This document shows, piece by piece, positions 31,344-41,432 of a DNA stretch of 64,000 nucleotides (position 1 is the stretch's first letter; each line of letters starts with the position of its first letter). The stretch spans positions 212,189 to 276,188 of the forward strand of contig CALSLW010000002.1 of the NCBI GenBank assembly GCA_943787295.1, written 5' to 3'. The notes beneath the pieces are model-generated. The model was not told the origin of the DNA and did no database searches. It saw only the letters and a list, made by a program, of their open reading frames with translations. The stretch comes from an uncultured Flavobacteriaceae bacterium (GTDB lineage: Bacteria > Bacteroidota > Bacteroidia > Flavobacteriales > Flavobacteriaceae). The position numbers and the translations under genes were made by a program.

Positions 31344-32560
31344 TAACGGAGCTTTAAGGTTACAATGGTTAAAATGCTTAATAGAATCCCCACAATCCAA
31401 AAACGGGTAACGATCTTACTTTCGTGATAGCCTTTCTTTTGATAATGATGATGAATAGGTGACATTAAAAAGATGCGCTGTCCTACTCCAGTTTTCTTTT
31501 TGGTATATTTAAAATAACTCACCTGTAGAACCACAGATAAATTCTCGATTAAGAAAATTCCGCACAATAACGGAAGTAATAATTCTTTGCGAATCATCAA
31601 GGCGATAACAGAAATGATCGCTCCAATGGTTAAACTCCCTGTATCCCCCATAAAGACCTGTGCTGGGAAAGTATTGTACCATAAAAATCCAATTAATGCC
31701 CCTAGAAAAGCAGCGACAAAAATGGTTATTTCTCCCGCATTAGGGATGTACATAATATTGAGGTAATCAGAGAAAATAACATTCCCTGACACCCAAGCAA
31801 AGATGCCCAACGTAAAGACCATGATGGCCGAACTACCTGCAGCAAGACCATCGATCCCATCGGTTAAGTTTGCACCATTTGAAATGGCTGTGATGATAAA
31901 TACGACAATGGGAATAAAAATTAACCAGGTCAAATGTTCACTCCCAGGTATCCAATTGATTAATTCAGCATAATCAAATTCGTTGTTTTTAAACATCGGG
32001 ATGGTGGTCATGGTAGACTTCTCTTGGGCATAAAAGGCCGAAGATTTCCCTGCGAGCTCTTCCATCTGAACTGGTATCTCCTGGCGTACAGTTACTTCTG
32101 GGTGAAAATAGAGCGTTGCACCCACAACTATCCCTAAGGCGATTTGACCAAGTATCTTAAATTTTCCTTTTAACCCTTCTTTGTCTTTTTTAAAGATTTT
32201 AATATAGTCATCAATAAAACCAATTGATCCCATCCAAAGGGTAGTAAACAACAAGAGTAAGATGTAAATGTTGTCTAGTTTTGCTAATAAAAGAACAGGG
32301 ATTATGGTGGCGAAGATAATGATAATCCCCCCCATTGTAGGGGTACCCGCCTTCTCGTTTTGACCAGCTAGTCCAAGATCTCGAATGCTTTCCCCAATTT
32401 GTTGCTTTCTTAAAAAATCAATGATTCTCTTTCCAAAAAATGTTGAAAATAGGAGTGATAATAAAGCGGCAATGGCTGCTCTAAAAGAGAGGAACTGGAA
32501 CAAACTAGCTCCAGGGAACTGGTATTGTGCTTCTAAATAATCAAACAAATAATACAGCAT
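31343..32560 (-). CDS. mraY: Phospho-MurNAc-pentapeptide transferase
   Basis: [29 protein letters not shown] and PIHHHY. Confidence 0.98.
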   Translation of the reverse strand: MLYYLFDYLEAQYQFPGASLFQFLSFRAAIAALLSLLFSTFFGKRIIDFLRKQQIGESIRDLGLAGQNEKAGTPTMGGIIIIFATIIPVLLLAKLDNIYILLLLFTTLWMGSIGFIDDYIKIFKKDKEGLKGKFKILGQIALGIVVGATLYFHPEVTVRQEIPVQMEELAGKSSAFYAQEKSTMTTIPMFKNNEFDYAELINWIPGSEHLTWLIFIPIVVFIITAISNGANLTDGIDGLAAGSSAIMVFTLGIFAWVSGNVIFSDYLNIMYIPNAGEITIFVAAFLGALIGFLWYNTFPAQVFMGDTGSLTIGAIISVIALMIRKELLLPLLCGIFLIENLSVVLQVSYFKYTKKKTGVGQRIFLMSPIHHHYQKKGYHESKIVTRFWIVGILLSILTIVTLKLR

Positions 32561-32561
32561 A

Positions 32562-34022
32562 CTAAAACAATTGTTTACAGATTTCTTCTATGATTAAATA
32601 ATCGTCAAAGGGGGTTCTTACCCCTTTTATTTCTTGATAATTTTCATGTCCTTTTCCAGCAACCAAAAGGACATCTCCATCTTTCAATTCCATACAAGCA
32701 GCTTTTATAGCGGCCTTACGATGGGTTATTCTTAAGGTCTTTTTATAATCTTCTGGCGCAACACCAGTTTCCATCTCATCAATGATTTTTTCAGGATCTT
32801 CATCTCTGGGGTTGTCTGCAGTAAATATGACTTTATCACTGTAGGCAGCAGCCACTTTTGCCATAATGGGGCGTTTGGCTTGATCTCTATTTCCTCCACA
32901 ACCTACTAGGGTGATAAGGGTTTCATTTTTAGTGCGAATCTTACTAATGGTTTTTAATACATTCTCGAGGGCATCTGGAGTATGCGCATAATCCACAATT
33001 ACAGTTGCTTTATGAGGTGTGGTAAAGGTTTGGAACCTTCCTTTTACATTTTTTAACGTACTTATCAGAGACAGTGTTTCCATCTCTTCTAAGTCCATCA
33101 AATGAGCTACAGCAAAGACCACTAATAAGTTTGATGCATTAAATTGCCCAACAAGGGTAGACCACACTTCCTGTTGGTTCAACTGCAACAACATTCCAGA
33201 AAACTGGGTTTCTAAAACCTTTGCCTGATAATCTGCATAATTATTTAGGCCAAAACTGTATTGTTTTGCCACACAATTTTGCAGCATAAATTTTCCGTTT
33301 TTATCATCTGCATTGATCAGTGCAAATGCACTCTTTGGCAAATGATCAAAAAATTGCTTTTTCACATCGCGGTAGGCGGTAAAAGATTTATGGTAATCCA
33401 AATGGTCATGACTTAGGTTTGTAAAAACACCACCAGTAAAAACCAGGCCTTTGATCCGATCTTGCGCAATCCCGTGAGAGGACACCTCCATAAAACAAAA
33501 CTCAACTCCAGCATCAACCATTGCTCTTAAGTAAGCATTGATTTGTAAGGGATCTGGAGTGGTATGTGTTGCGGGGATTTCTTTGGATAAATATTTAACC
33601 ACTATAGTGGACAGTAGACCCGTAGCAAATCCTGCTAGTTCAAACAAACGATAAAGCAAAGAGGTCGTGGTGGTCTTGCCGTTTGTTCCAGTTACCCCTA
33701 TAAGCTTTAAGTCTTTTGAGGGTTGATCGTAATAATTAGAAGCCAAAATAGCTAGGGCAGCACGACTGTTTCTCGTCTCAATCCAAACAATATCATTTGC
33801 GAAATCTTGTGGCTTCTCTTCTCCCACAACAGCAATAGCTCCCTTATCAACTGCCTTTTGTATATATGCATGACCATCAACAGCATCTCCTACAATCGCA
33901 ACAAATAAATCTCCTTGTTGCACTTGCCTAGAGTCAAAGGCAATCGCTTGAATTGAAACATCCGTTCGCCCTTGTGTCGCTTCAATCTGCACCCCAAAAA
34001 GTAGTTCCTTTAACTGCTTCAT
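32562..34022 (-). CDS. murE: UDP-MurNAc-dipeptide--mDAP ligase
   Basis: GTNGKTT, HTTPD, DYAHTPD and the DNPR motif (mDAP specificity). Confidence 0.97.
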   Translation of the reverse strand: MKQLKELLFGVQIEATQGRTDVSIQAIAFDSRQVQQGDLFVAIVGDAVDGHAYIQKAVDKGAIAVVGEEKPQDFANDIVWIETRNSRAALAILASNYYDQPSKDLKLIGVTGTNGKTTTTSLLYRLFELAGFATGLLSTIVVKYLSKEIPATHTTPDPLQINAYLRAMVDAGVEFCFMEVSSHGIAQDRIKGLVFTGGVFTNLSHDHLDYHKSFTAYRDVKKQFFDHLPKSAFALINADDKNGKFMLQNCVAKQYSFGLNNYADYQAKVLETQFSGMLLQLNQQEVWSTLVGQFNASNLLVVFAVAHLMDLEEMETLSLISTLKNVKGRFQTFTTPHKATVIVDYAHTPDALENVLKTISKIRTKNETLITLVGCGGNRDQAKRPIMAKVAAAYSDKVIFTADNPRDEDPEKIIDEMETGVAPEDYKKTLRITHRKAAIKAACMELKDGDVLLVAGKGHENYQEIKGVRTPFDDYLIIEEICKQLF

Positions 34023-36010
34023 GATAATTCTAATATTATGCTTGAATTAGACTTGATCGCAGTACCCGATCGCAACGACTGTCGCTTAACCAGACCTTTA
34101 CCTTTAAGGGTCACTTTTAATCCCATTTGTTCTAAAATCGCAAGGGCTTCCATCGCAGGCATTCCTTTTACATTAGGTACTTTTTGAGCGAGGATAAGTT
34201 CTTCTGTAGGAATAGGGTTTGCTGTTTTTAAATGCAATGAATCCACGCCAACTATAACTTCTTTTGGGGTAGTGTAATACATTTTTCGAGCAATTTCTTT
34301 AAAGACTGGCGCAGCTACAGTTGCCCCATAATAGCCTTTATTTTTATTCGGCTTATAGACTAATACAATGGCAGAATATTCTGGATTCTCTGCAGGGAAA
34401 TAGCCCACAAAACTAGAGATGTACTGCATATTATCTGTAGCATAATCTACTTGACAAGTCCCTGTTTTACCGGCCATGGTAAAAGCTTCATCTTTAATTC
34501 GATTTGCTGTCCCCCATTTTTTATCTACCACATTAAACATCATTTTTCTTACCTTATCTAAGGTCTCTTGAGAGCAGATGGAAGGATTGATCACTTCTTT
34601 TTCAAAGTATTTCACAGTTTCCTTATCTGTCGATTGGATTTTATCAATAAATCGCGGTTTGACCATTTCGCCATTGTTCGCAACTGCATTGTAAAAGGCT
34701 AAAGTTTGCAAAGGAGTTAATTCAACACCATATCCATAGGCCATCCATGGAAGTGTAATCCCATTCCAAGACTTATCTGTTGGGTAAGGAATTTTTGGCT
34801 GGCCTTCACCTAAAATTGATACGCCTAACTTTTCATTTAGACCCATATTATAGAGACGGTCGATAAACTTTCTAGGTTGGTTTCTATAATGCTTGTTGAC
34901 CATTTGCACTATCCCTGTGTTAGAAGAGACCTCAAACGCCTTAGAAAAGGGAATTAAACCATAGCCACCTTTTTTAGAATCTCTCACTTTGTATTGATTG
35001 TAAAAAGTGAGCAAGCCATTTTTAGTATCTACTAATTCATGTGGCTTAATCACCTTATCTTCTAGAGCAGCGATCATTGCCATTAATTTAAAGGTCGATC
35101 CTGGCTCATAGGTCACCCCGACTGCATAGTTTAGCTTTTCATAATACTTCCCCTCTTTGGTTCTTCCTAGGTTAGCAATGGCTTTTACTGCACCGGTCTT
35201 TGTTTCCATAACCACCACTGTTCCATGCTCTGCTTCATAAGCTTCAAGCTGTCGTAACAACGCATGATGCGCCACATCCTGAACATTAATATTTATGGTT
35301 GTAAATACATCATAGCCTTCTGTAGGCTCTTTTTCATTGTTATCATTGATAGGCTTCCACTGTCCATTGGCAATTTTTTGCTTTAGACGTCTTCCATTCT
35401 CTCCTTTTAAATACTGACTAAAAGCGCCTTCTAAACCTACCCTTAAAAAGTTACCCGCTGGATCTGGCTTTTCATACCCAATGGTTCGTTCTGCGATTTT
35501 CCCAATAGGATGCTCTCGAATAAGTTTTGACTCAACGATCAAACCTCCTCTCAATGAAGGCATTGAAAAGAGAGGAAGTTGTTTGATTTGCTGAAATTCA
35601 GAATAGGTCAAGTTCCGCGCGATTAGCGTGTATCTATTGCCTGTTCGCTTTGCTCTTTCAAGCATCACTAAACATTCATTTGCTGTTTTATCTAAAAGGG
35701 AAGAAAGCCCTTGAGCAAGTTCTTTTTTATGGATTTGGAATCTTTTGTCACTTACCACTTTTGCGTCCCATCTAATTTCATACCGCGGAACAGTAGTCGC
35801 AAGAAGACTTTGATCATCTGCATAAATATTTCCGCGACTAGGTGCCAAAACAAAATTCTTAACTGTTCTTTGCTTCGCCAAAGTGCGATACTTCTCCCCT
35901 TCTTGGGTTTGAATAAAAACCAATTTCCCAATCAAGACAATAGCAAACAAGAACAAGCCTACCACAAAGAGATAGAAACGATTCATGATATGTTTATCGT
36001 TGACCTCCAT
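34019..36010 (-). CDS. ftsI: Penicillin-binding protein 3 (class B) with PASTA domain
   Basis: STFK, SSN and KTG motifs; C-terminal VPNVKGM PASTA domain. Confidence 0.93.
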   Translation of the reverse strand: MEVNDKHIMNRFYLFVVGLFLFAIVLIGKLVFIQTQEGEKYRTLAKQRTVKNFVLAPSRGNIYADDQSLLATTVPRYEIRWDAKVVSDKRFQIHKKELAQGLSSLLDKTANECLVMLERAKRTGNRYTLIARNLTYSEFQQIKQLPLFSMPSLRGGLIVESKLIREHPIGKIAERTIGYEKPDPAGNFLRVGLEGAFSQYLKGENGRRLKQKIANGQWKPINDNNEKEPTEGYDVFTTININVQDVAHHALLRQLEAYEAEHGTVVVMETKTGAVKAIANLGRTKEGKYYEKLNYAVGVTYEPGSTFKLMAMIAALEDKVIKPHELVDTKNGLLTFYNQYKVRDSKKGGYGLIPFSKAFEVSSNTGIVQMVNKHYRNQPRKFIDRLYNMGLNEKLGVSILGEGQPKIPYPTDKSWNGITLPWMAYGYGVELTPLQTLAFYNAVANNGEMVKPRFIDKIQSTDKETVKYFEKEVINPSICSQETLDKVRKMMFNVVDKKWGTANRIKDEAFTMAGKTGTCQVDYATDNMQYISSFVGYFPAENPEYSAIVLVYKPNKNKGYYGATVAAPVFKEIARKMYYTTPKEVIVGVDSLHLKTANPIPTEELILAQKVPNVKGMPAMEALAILEQMGLKVTLKGKGLVKRQSLRSGTAIKSNSSIILELS

Positions 36011-36318
36011 TATTCTGCTCGCTTCAATTTTATGGGAGGGGCAGTTGCTGGACCCACTCCTGTTTCTGCTAATCTTGCTGCAACTCTTGATTCCATCTTA
36101 AGATGCATTAATGAAGCCCGTGTTTCCACAAACTCACTTTTCACCTCTTTGATTTCAGTATTTAATTGAGCAATGGAGTAAATTTTACGATCAGCGCTAT
36201 GCCCGCTCGCAATAATAACAAGGGCGAGAAAAGACAAGAACAACAACATACGCCAGTTTTTTAACGCATCGTCTTTGATCAAGAACTCTAAATTCAAAAG
36301 GGCTAACAACTGATTCAT
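36010..36318 (-). CDS. ftsL: FtsL-like cell division protein
   Basis: Single TM segment plus coiled coil between rsmH and ftsI. Confidence 0.85.
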   Translation of the reverse strand: MNQLLALLNLEFLIKDDALKNWRMLLFLSFLALVIIASGHSADRKIYSIAQLNTEIKEVKSEFVETRASLMHLKMESRVAARLAETGVGPATAPPIKLKRAE

Positions 36319-37220
36319 ATCTTTTGCGCAATTCTAAGTTTAGCACTTCGCGCTCTACTGTTTCGTTTTATTTCTTCTTGGTCTGGGACTATTAGTCCCC
36401 CTACTTTTTTCATGGGGCAATCTCTATTGCCAAAAAAATCTTCTGGCGCCTTACCTTCAAAAACACCTTCACGGATATATCGTTTCACTAAACGGTCTTC
36501 TAGGGAGTGATAGGCTATACAAACAAGACGACCATCTTTGACTAAAAGCTCCCCGCTTTGTTGTAGAAAAGTTTTAATCACTTCTAATTCTTGATTCACT
36601 TCAATGCGGATCGCTTGAAAAACTTGTGCAAGTGTTTTATTTAAAAAACGTTCTGGAATAAGCGGTTTCAAAACAGCGATTAAAGCCTGGGTTGTCTCGA
36701 TTTTATTTTCTTGCCTTGCAGCAATAATCTGTTCTGCTACTCTGTAAGCGCCTTTAACTTCACCATAATTTTTTAAGATGGCCGTTAGGGCATCGATTGA
36801 GTATCGATTAACCACATCAGTGGCGTCTAGCGTGCCTTCTTGATCCATGCGCATATCCAGCGGCCCATCGAAACGAATAGAAAAACCGCGCTTTTCTGCA
36901 TCAAACTGATGAGAAGAAACGCCAAAGTCTGCCAAGACACCATTCAACTTCTTGACTCCGTACAACTTTAGATAACGCTTGAGGTCTTTAAAATTAGCTT
37001 CAACTAAGGTAAATCGCTCATCATTAAGTGCATTTTCATGTGCATCTTGATCTTGATCAAAAGCAAATAAGCGACCTTCTGGCGCTAGTTGATTTAGAAT
37101 TTCTTGAGAATGCCCTCCTCCTCCAAAAGTGGCGTCTACATAGACACCTTTAGGGTCAGTGATTAGGGCCGTTACAGACGGCTGTAGTAATACCGGATCA
37201 TGATAGCTAATCTTCGTCAT
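36315..37220 (-). CDS. rsmH: 16S rRNA m4C1402 methyltransferase
   Basis: HDPVLL, DATFGGGGHS, PLDMRM, HSLEDR and RARSAKLR. Confidence 0.98.
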   Translation of the reverse strand: MTKISYHDPVLLQPSVTALITDPKGVYVDATFGGGGHSQEILNQLAPEGRLFAFDQDQDAHENALNDERFTLVEANFKDLKRYLKLYGVKKLNGVLADFGVSSHQFDAEKRGFSIRFDGPLDMRMDQEGTLDATDVVNRYSIDALTAILKNYGEVKGAYRVAEQIIAARQENKIETTQALIAVLKPLIPERFLNKTLAQVFQAIRIEVNQELEVIKTFLQQSGELLVKDGRLVCIAYHSLEDRLVKRYIREGVFEGKAPEDFFGNRDCPMKKVGGLIVPDQEEIKRNSRARSAKLRIAQKI

Positions 37221-37668
37221 CTTTATCCCCCATTACTTCTTCTGCAAGCGCACCAAAATCGACTGTTGCCTCGCTTATCGCTTCTTCATAACGTGTTTTA
37301 TCCCAGATCTCTAGAATATTTACAGCAGAAGAAATCACTATTTCGCGATTGATTCCAGCATGTTGGACTAGATCTTTTGGAATCAATAAACGTCCTGTGT
37401 TGTCAATCTCTACTAAGCGAACCCCAGCAGTAAATCGACGTATAAAATCATTGTTTTTTTTATTGAAACGATTGAGCTTATTCACTTTCTCCATTAACAC
37501 TTCCCATTGCTTTAAGGGATACAACTCTAAGCAAGCGTTAAACACGGCTCTTTTCAAGACAAATCCATCGTGAAGACTCTCTGCCAATTGCTTCTTTAAT
37601 GCCACAGGAAGCATGATACGCCCTTTGGCGTCTGCTTTTAACTCATATGTTCCAATAAAATGCTGCAT
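37207..37668 (-). CDS. mraZ: Division/cell wall cluster repressor MraZ
   Basis: DAKGRI and DNTGRLLIP duplicated DxxGR motifs; likely start MQHFIG at 37668. Confidence 0.96.
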   Translation of the reverse strand: MQHFIGTYELKADAKGRIMLPVALKKQLAESLHDGFVLKRAVFNACLELYPLKQWEVLMEKVNKLNRFNKKNNDFIRRFTAGVRLVEIDNTGRLLIPKDLVQHAGINREIVISSAVNILEIWDKTRYEEAISEATVDFGALAEEVMGDKDDED

Positions 37669-37693
37669 TAGACTGTTTAGCAATTGATTTGAT

Positions 37694-37701
37694 CAAATAT
37701 A
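37694..37701 (-). promoter_or_regulatory. -7 promoter element TATATTTG of the dcw operon
   Basis: caaatata on the + strand, just downstream of the MraZ boxes in the transcription direction. Confidence 0.7.
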
Positions 37702-37710
37702 ATTTATAAT

Positions 37711-37758
37711 TCCCACTTATTTCCACTTAATACCACTTTGTTAATAACTTTCCCACTT
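37711..37758 (-). promoter_or_regulatory. MraZ operator: AAGTGG direct repeats with 10-bp period
   Basis: On the + strand tcccactt (37711), ttccactt (37721), taccactt (37731) and tcccactt (37751). MraZ is known to bind GTGG(G)-type repeats upstream of mraZ. Confidence 0.85.
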
Positions 37759-37823
37759 TGAACCCTCAAATCCCTATGAATCAAATGGCAAAAAATTAAA
37801 TGGTGTTAATCGGTTTTAATGAT

Positions 37824-37831
37824 TATATTTG
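37824..37831 (+). promoter_or_regulatory. -7 promoter element TATATTTG for the hydrolase-yihA unit
   Basis: Consensus match; implies a start at ATG 37859. Confidence 0.65.
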
Positions 37832-37858
37832 ACGGCTAATGCGAATGAGCCAAAAGGC

Positions 37859-38623
37859 ATGGAAAAAACATTAACTCAAGAAGCAGACTACACTTATTTA
37901 GAAAAGGGAGAAGGTCAACCAATCGTTATTTTACACGGTTTAATGGGAGGACTTAGCAACTTTGAAGGTGTTTTAAATTACTTCCCAGAAAACGGTTATA
38001 AAGTCATTATTCCTGAATTACCCATTTATGACCTTCCGTTAAAGTCAACGACTGTTAAAGCTTTTGCAGAATATTTACATGGTTTTTTAACGTTTAAAAA
38101 TTTAAAAGACGTTATTCTTTTAGGTAACTCTTTAGGCGGACATATTAGCTTAGTGTTTTCAAAAACATATCCAGAATTAGTTAAAGGCCTTGTTTTAACT
38201 GGCAGCTCTGGATTATATGAAAACAGCATGGGAGAAAGCTACCCCAAAAGAGGTAATTATGATTATATCAAAACAAAAAGTGAAGAGGTTTTTTATGATC
38301 CAGCAGTAGCGACAAAAGAGATTGTAGACGAAGTATTTGAAACGGTCAACGACCGCAACAAACTCATCAAAACTTTAGCTATTGCTAAAAGCGCAATCCG
38401 ACACAATATGGCTAATGACTTACCAGCTATGCAAACGCCCACCTGTCTAATCTGGGGAAAAAACGATGGTGTTACCCCACCAGATGTAGCAGAAGAGTTC
38501 AACAAACTCTTACCAGATTCAAGTTTATACTGGATTGATAAATGTGGACATGCTCCCATGATGGAACATCCTGTACTATTTAATGAGATACTTCATGAAT
38601 GGCTAAATTTAAAGGAATACTAA
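37859..38623 (+). CDS. Alpha/beta fold hydrolase
   Basis: HGLMGG, GNSLGG nucleophile elbow and CGHAPM. Confidence 0.92.
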   Translation: MEKTLTQEADYTYLEKGEGQPIVILHGLMGGLSNFEGVLNYFPENGYKVIIPELPIYDLPLKSTTVKAFAEYLHGFLTFKNLKDVILLGNSLGGHISLVFSKTYPELVKGLVLTGSSGLYENSMGESYPKRGNYDYIKTKSEEVFYDPAVATKEIVDEVFETVNDRNKLIKTLAIAKSAIRHNMANDLPAMQTPTCLIWGKNDGVTPPDVAEEFNKLLPDSSLYWIDKCGHAPMMEHPVLFNEILHEWLNLKEY

Positions 38624-38632
38624 AGCCTAGCC

Positions 38633-39244
38633 ATGCGCGTAATTCATTCTGAATTTGTCATCAGTAATACCGATGTAGCAAAATGCCCAAAAGACCCTTT
38701 CCCAGAATATGCCTTTATTGGTCGTTCTAATGTGGGAAAATCATCATTAATCAACACCCTTTGCGCAAGGAAAAATTTAGCTAAAACCTCTGGTCGCCCT
38801 GGAAAAACACAGCTAATCAATCACTTTAAGATCAATAAAAATTGGTTTTTAGTTGATCTCCCTGGGTATGGCTACGCCAAAACATCAAAGACTACCAAAA
38901 AAGCTTTCCAGCAACTCATTACGCGATACTTTGAAAAGCGCCAACAATTGATCTCTGCCTTTGTTTTAATTGATATACGTCACGAGCCACAAACGGTTGA
39001 CCTTGATTTTATGGAATGGCTGGGTACAAATTACATCCCTTTTGCCATTGTTTTTACAAAAGCAGATAAACTTAAACCCCTGGCTAGAGAACGAAATATC
39101 GATTATTATCTTGCAAAAATGAAGGAAGAAATGTGGGAAGAAACACCACCGTATTTTACTACTTCTTCACTCCATAAAACGGGCGTTGAAGAAATTCTAG
39201 CCTATATCGAGCAACTCAATACTGAATTTAAGAAAACGCGTTAA
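38633..39244 (+). CDS. engB: Ribosome biogenesis GTPase YihA/YsxC
   Basis: GRSNVGKSS, DLPGYG and TKADK. Confidence 0.96.
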   Translation: MRVIHSEFVISNTDVAKCPKDPFPEYAFIGRSNVGKSSLINTLCARKNLAKTSGRPGKTQLINHFKINKNWFLVDLPGYGYAKTSKTTKKAFQQLITRYFEKRQQLISAFVLIDIRHEPQTVDLDFMEWLGTNYIPFAIVFTKADKLKPLARERNIDYYLAKMKEEMWEETPPYFTTSSLHKTGVEEILAYIEQLNTEFKKTR

Positions 39245-39588
39245 GCCTTCCCTTTTCTATCGATCTTAAGATTGGTAGCGAAATATTCGCAAAAATCATT
39301 CATAGTCGCAGTCATTTTTTCATTTTGAGTAGCGCGATAAAAAGTCTGCGCCATGGTCACTAAAGACTGATGAAAAAAGACATTCATTTGATCGATGGGC
39401 ATTTCTTTAACCCACAAGTCCATGCGAAGTGTTTCTTGATTTTTACCATCCCACAAAGACATTAAAAGCGCTTGAGCTTCCTCTTCATTAACCCCACCGT
39501 CAGGTGCAGACCAAACGATTTTCTCTGGAATTTTGTTTTCGTCTAACTTAATATCAATCTTGATATTGGTTTCTTTTCCTTTGCTCAT
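39241..39588 (-). CDS. gldC: Gliding motility protein GldC
   Basis: LDENKIPE, LRMDLWVKEMP and FFHQ; adjacent to gldB. Confidence 0.92.
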   Translation of the reverse strand: MSKGKETNIKIDIKLDENKIPEKIVWSAPDGGVNEEEAQALLMSLWDGKNQETLRMDLWVKEMPIDQMNVFFHQSLVTMAQTFYRATQNEKMTATMNDFCEYFATNLKIDRKGKA

Positions 39589-40571
39589 TATTTTGCGGGT
39601 TTATAATTCGCCTTTGTAAATAGTTCTTGTGCTGGCGTAGCTAATATCTGTTGTGTGGTTTCGTCTGGATTTTTTGAGACAAATGCTCGAACGATTTGCC
39701 ATCCTAACCACTGCCCAATTTTGCCAGGACTTTCGTTATCAATTTCGAGATAAAATTTAGAAAATGGCGCGGGCTCTATAAAACGCAACAAATAACTTGA
39801 TTGAGTTTTATAAAGCAACTCATTCTCAATAAAATACTGCCAAATAAAGCGTTCGTTCTCCTTTACCCAATTCATTTCTTTTTCGGTATAGCTTATCTTA
39901 ATTTCATCTGCTGTATCGGGTAATAAAATATCTTTAATATAAAATCGCTTGCCGTAATAGATCATTTGGGCTAATAAGGTTCTATCTGCTGGTGCAGGCA
40001 CAACACTTATGGCAAATTCATCTGATAAATGAGCCCCTAAATAGGCAATGTCCATATCTCGAACAATATATTGTGGAATCCCTTCATATAGTGGGTTGTT
40101 CGCACCTAAAAAGGTATCTAGAGAAATTAAAACCAATGAATCTGCATAAACTGTTTTGTTTTGATAATCCACATTATTGGTAAGCAGAATTACTTTGGGA
40201 TCTTTTAGCCTAGGAAAATAATATTTAATATGCTGAAAAAGGGGTTTTAACTGTTTTTCAAAAGGAGCTAAAGACGGATAAACCTTGCTGATCTCTCCTT
40301 GTAAAAGTACCTGCAAACTGTCGCGTTGACGCTTTTGCCAGATACTATCTGGATATTGTTCTGGAAATAAATAGGGATAATCCTGTTTAAGCTGATAAAA
40401 ATCTTCCTTAGAGGCGTTAAAGAATTTTTGATCAAAACGATCTAAGGTGATGTCAACAGGGATTTTTGCGATCTCCTCTTCAACTGCATTCGTTGAAGAA
40501 CATCCTGAAATGACAAAAAAAAGTATTCCAAATAAGAAAAATGATAATAATGAAGAAAATTGTAGTTTCAT
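39588..40571 (-). CDS. gldB: Gliding motility lipoprotein GldB
   Basis: Lipobox ISGC, RFDQKFF, APFSKFYLEIDNESPG and GWQIVR. Start uncertain (40571-40598). Confidence 0.92.
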   Translation of the reverse strand: MKLQFSSLLSFFLFGILFFVISGCSSTNAVEEEIAKIPVDITLDRFDQKFFNASKEDFYQLKQDYPYLFPEQYPDSIWQKRQRDSLQVLLQGEISKVYPSLAPFEKQLKPLFQHIKYYFPRLKDPKVILLTNNVDYQNKTVYADSLVLISLDTFLGANNPLYEGIPQYIVRDMDIAYLGAHLSDEFAISVVPAPADRTLLAQMIYYGKRFYIKDILLPDTADEIKISYTEKEMNWVKENERFIWQYFIENELLYKTQSSYLLRFIEPAPFSKFYLEIDNESPGKIGQWLGWQIVRAFVSKNPDETTQQILATPAQELFTKANYKPAK

Positions 40572-40646
40572 TATGCTTGTTTTTTTCACCTTCATCAAGA
40601 AGTTTGCTATTTTTACACAAAGTTACATGCAAAAAATAGAGTAGCG

Positions 40647-41432
40647 ATGAAAAGTCCAGAAAAAGTAATAGATCATATTGTTAAGTGGCTGAATGATTAT
40701 GCAGATAAGGCTCAAATGAATGGCTTTGTAGTCGGGGTATCAGGTGGGATTGATTCTGCTTTAACCTCAACACTATGTGCAAAAACAGGACGCCCAGTAA
40801 TTTGTTTAGAAATGGAGATTCACCAAGAAGAGAATCAAGTTTCTAGAGCTAAAGAGCATATCGCTTGGCTAGAGAAAAAATTCTCGAATGTAAGCCACCA
40901 TTCCCTATCCCTTACTGGGGTATTTGATGCTTTTAAAGACATTCTTCCTCCCACCGATCAAGCAGATCAAGCCTTTCTAAGCCTAGCGAATACAAGAGCT
41001 AGACTTCGTATGTCAACCCTTTATTATTTTGCCGCACTACACCGTTACCTTGTTGCTGGAACAGGAAATAAAGTTGAAGATTTTGGTGTAGGCTTTTATA
41101 CCAAATACGGAGACGGAGGAGTTGATCTAAGTCCCATCGCAGATTTGATGAAGTCTGAGGTTTTTGCACTTGCCAAAGCACTCAACGTCAACGAAGAAAT
41201 TCAAAATGCTGCCCCGACTGATGGACTATGGGGAGATGATCGTACGGACGAAGATCAATTAGGTGCAACCTATAACGAATTAGAATGGGCCATGAGAAAT
41301 GTGGGTACCGATCCTAAAGATTTTTCTGAAAGAGAAAAAGAAGTCATGAAGATCTATTTAGCCTTTAATCGACAAAACAAACACAAAATGGATCCCATCC
41401 CTGTTTGTGTTATCCCAGAAGGATTACTATAA
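40647..41432 (+). CDS. nadE: NH3-dependent NAD+ synthetase
   Basis: GVSGGIDS, NTRARLRM, YTKYGDGG and APTDGLW. Confidence 0.96.
   Translation: MKSPEKVIDHIVKWLNDYADKAQMNGFVVGVSGGIDSALTSTLCAKTGRPVICLEMEIHQEENQVSRAKEHIAWLEKKFSNVSHHSLSLTGVFDAFKDILPPTDQADQAFLSLANTRARLRMSTLYYFAALHRYLVAGTGNKVEDFGVGFYTKYGDGGVDLSPIADLMKSEVFALAKALNVNEEIQNAAPTDGLWGDDRTDEDQLGATYNELEWAMRNVGTDPKDFSEREKEVMKIYLAFNRQNKHKMDPIPVCVIPEGLL

Noticed and set aside
21823-37683. Absence of murF and ddl from the dcw cluster
   Set aside because: This is normal for Bacteroidota, where these genes are usually elsewhere.
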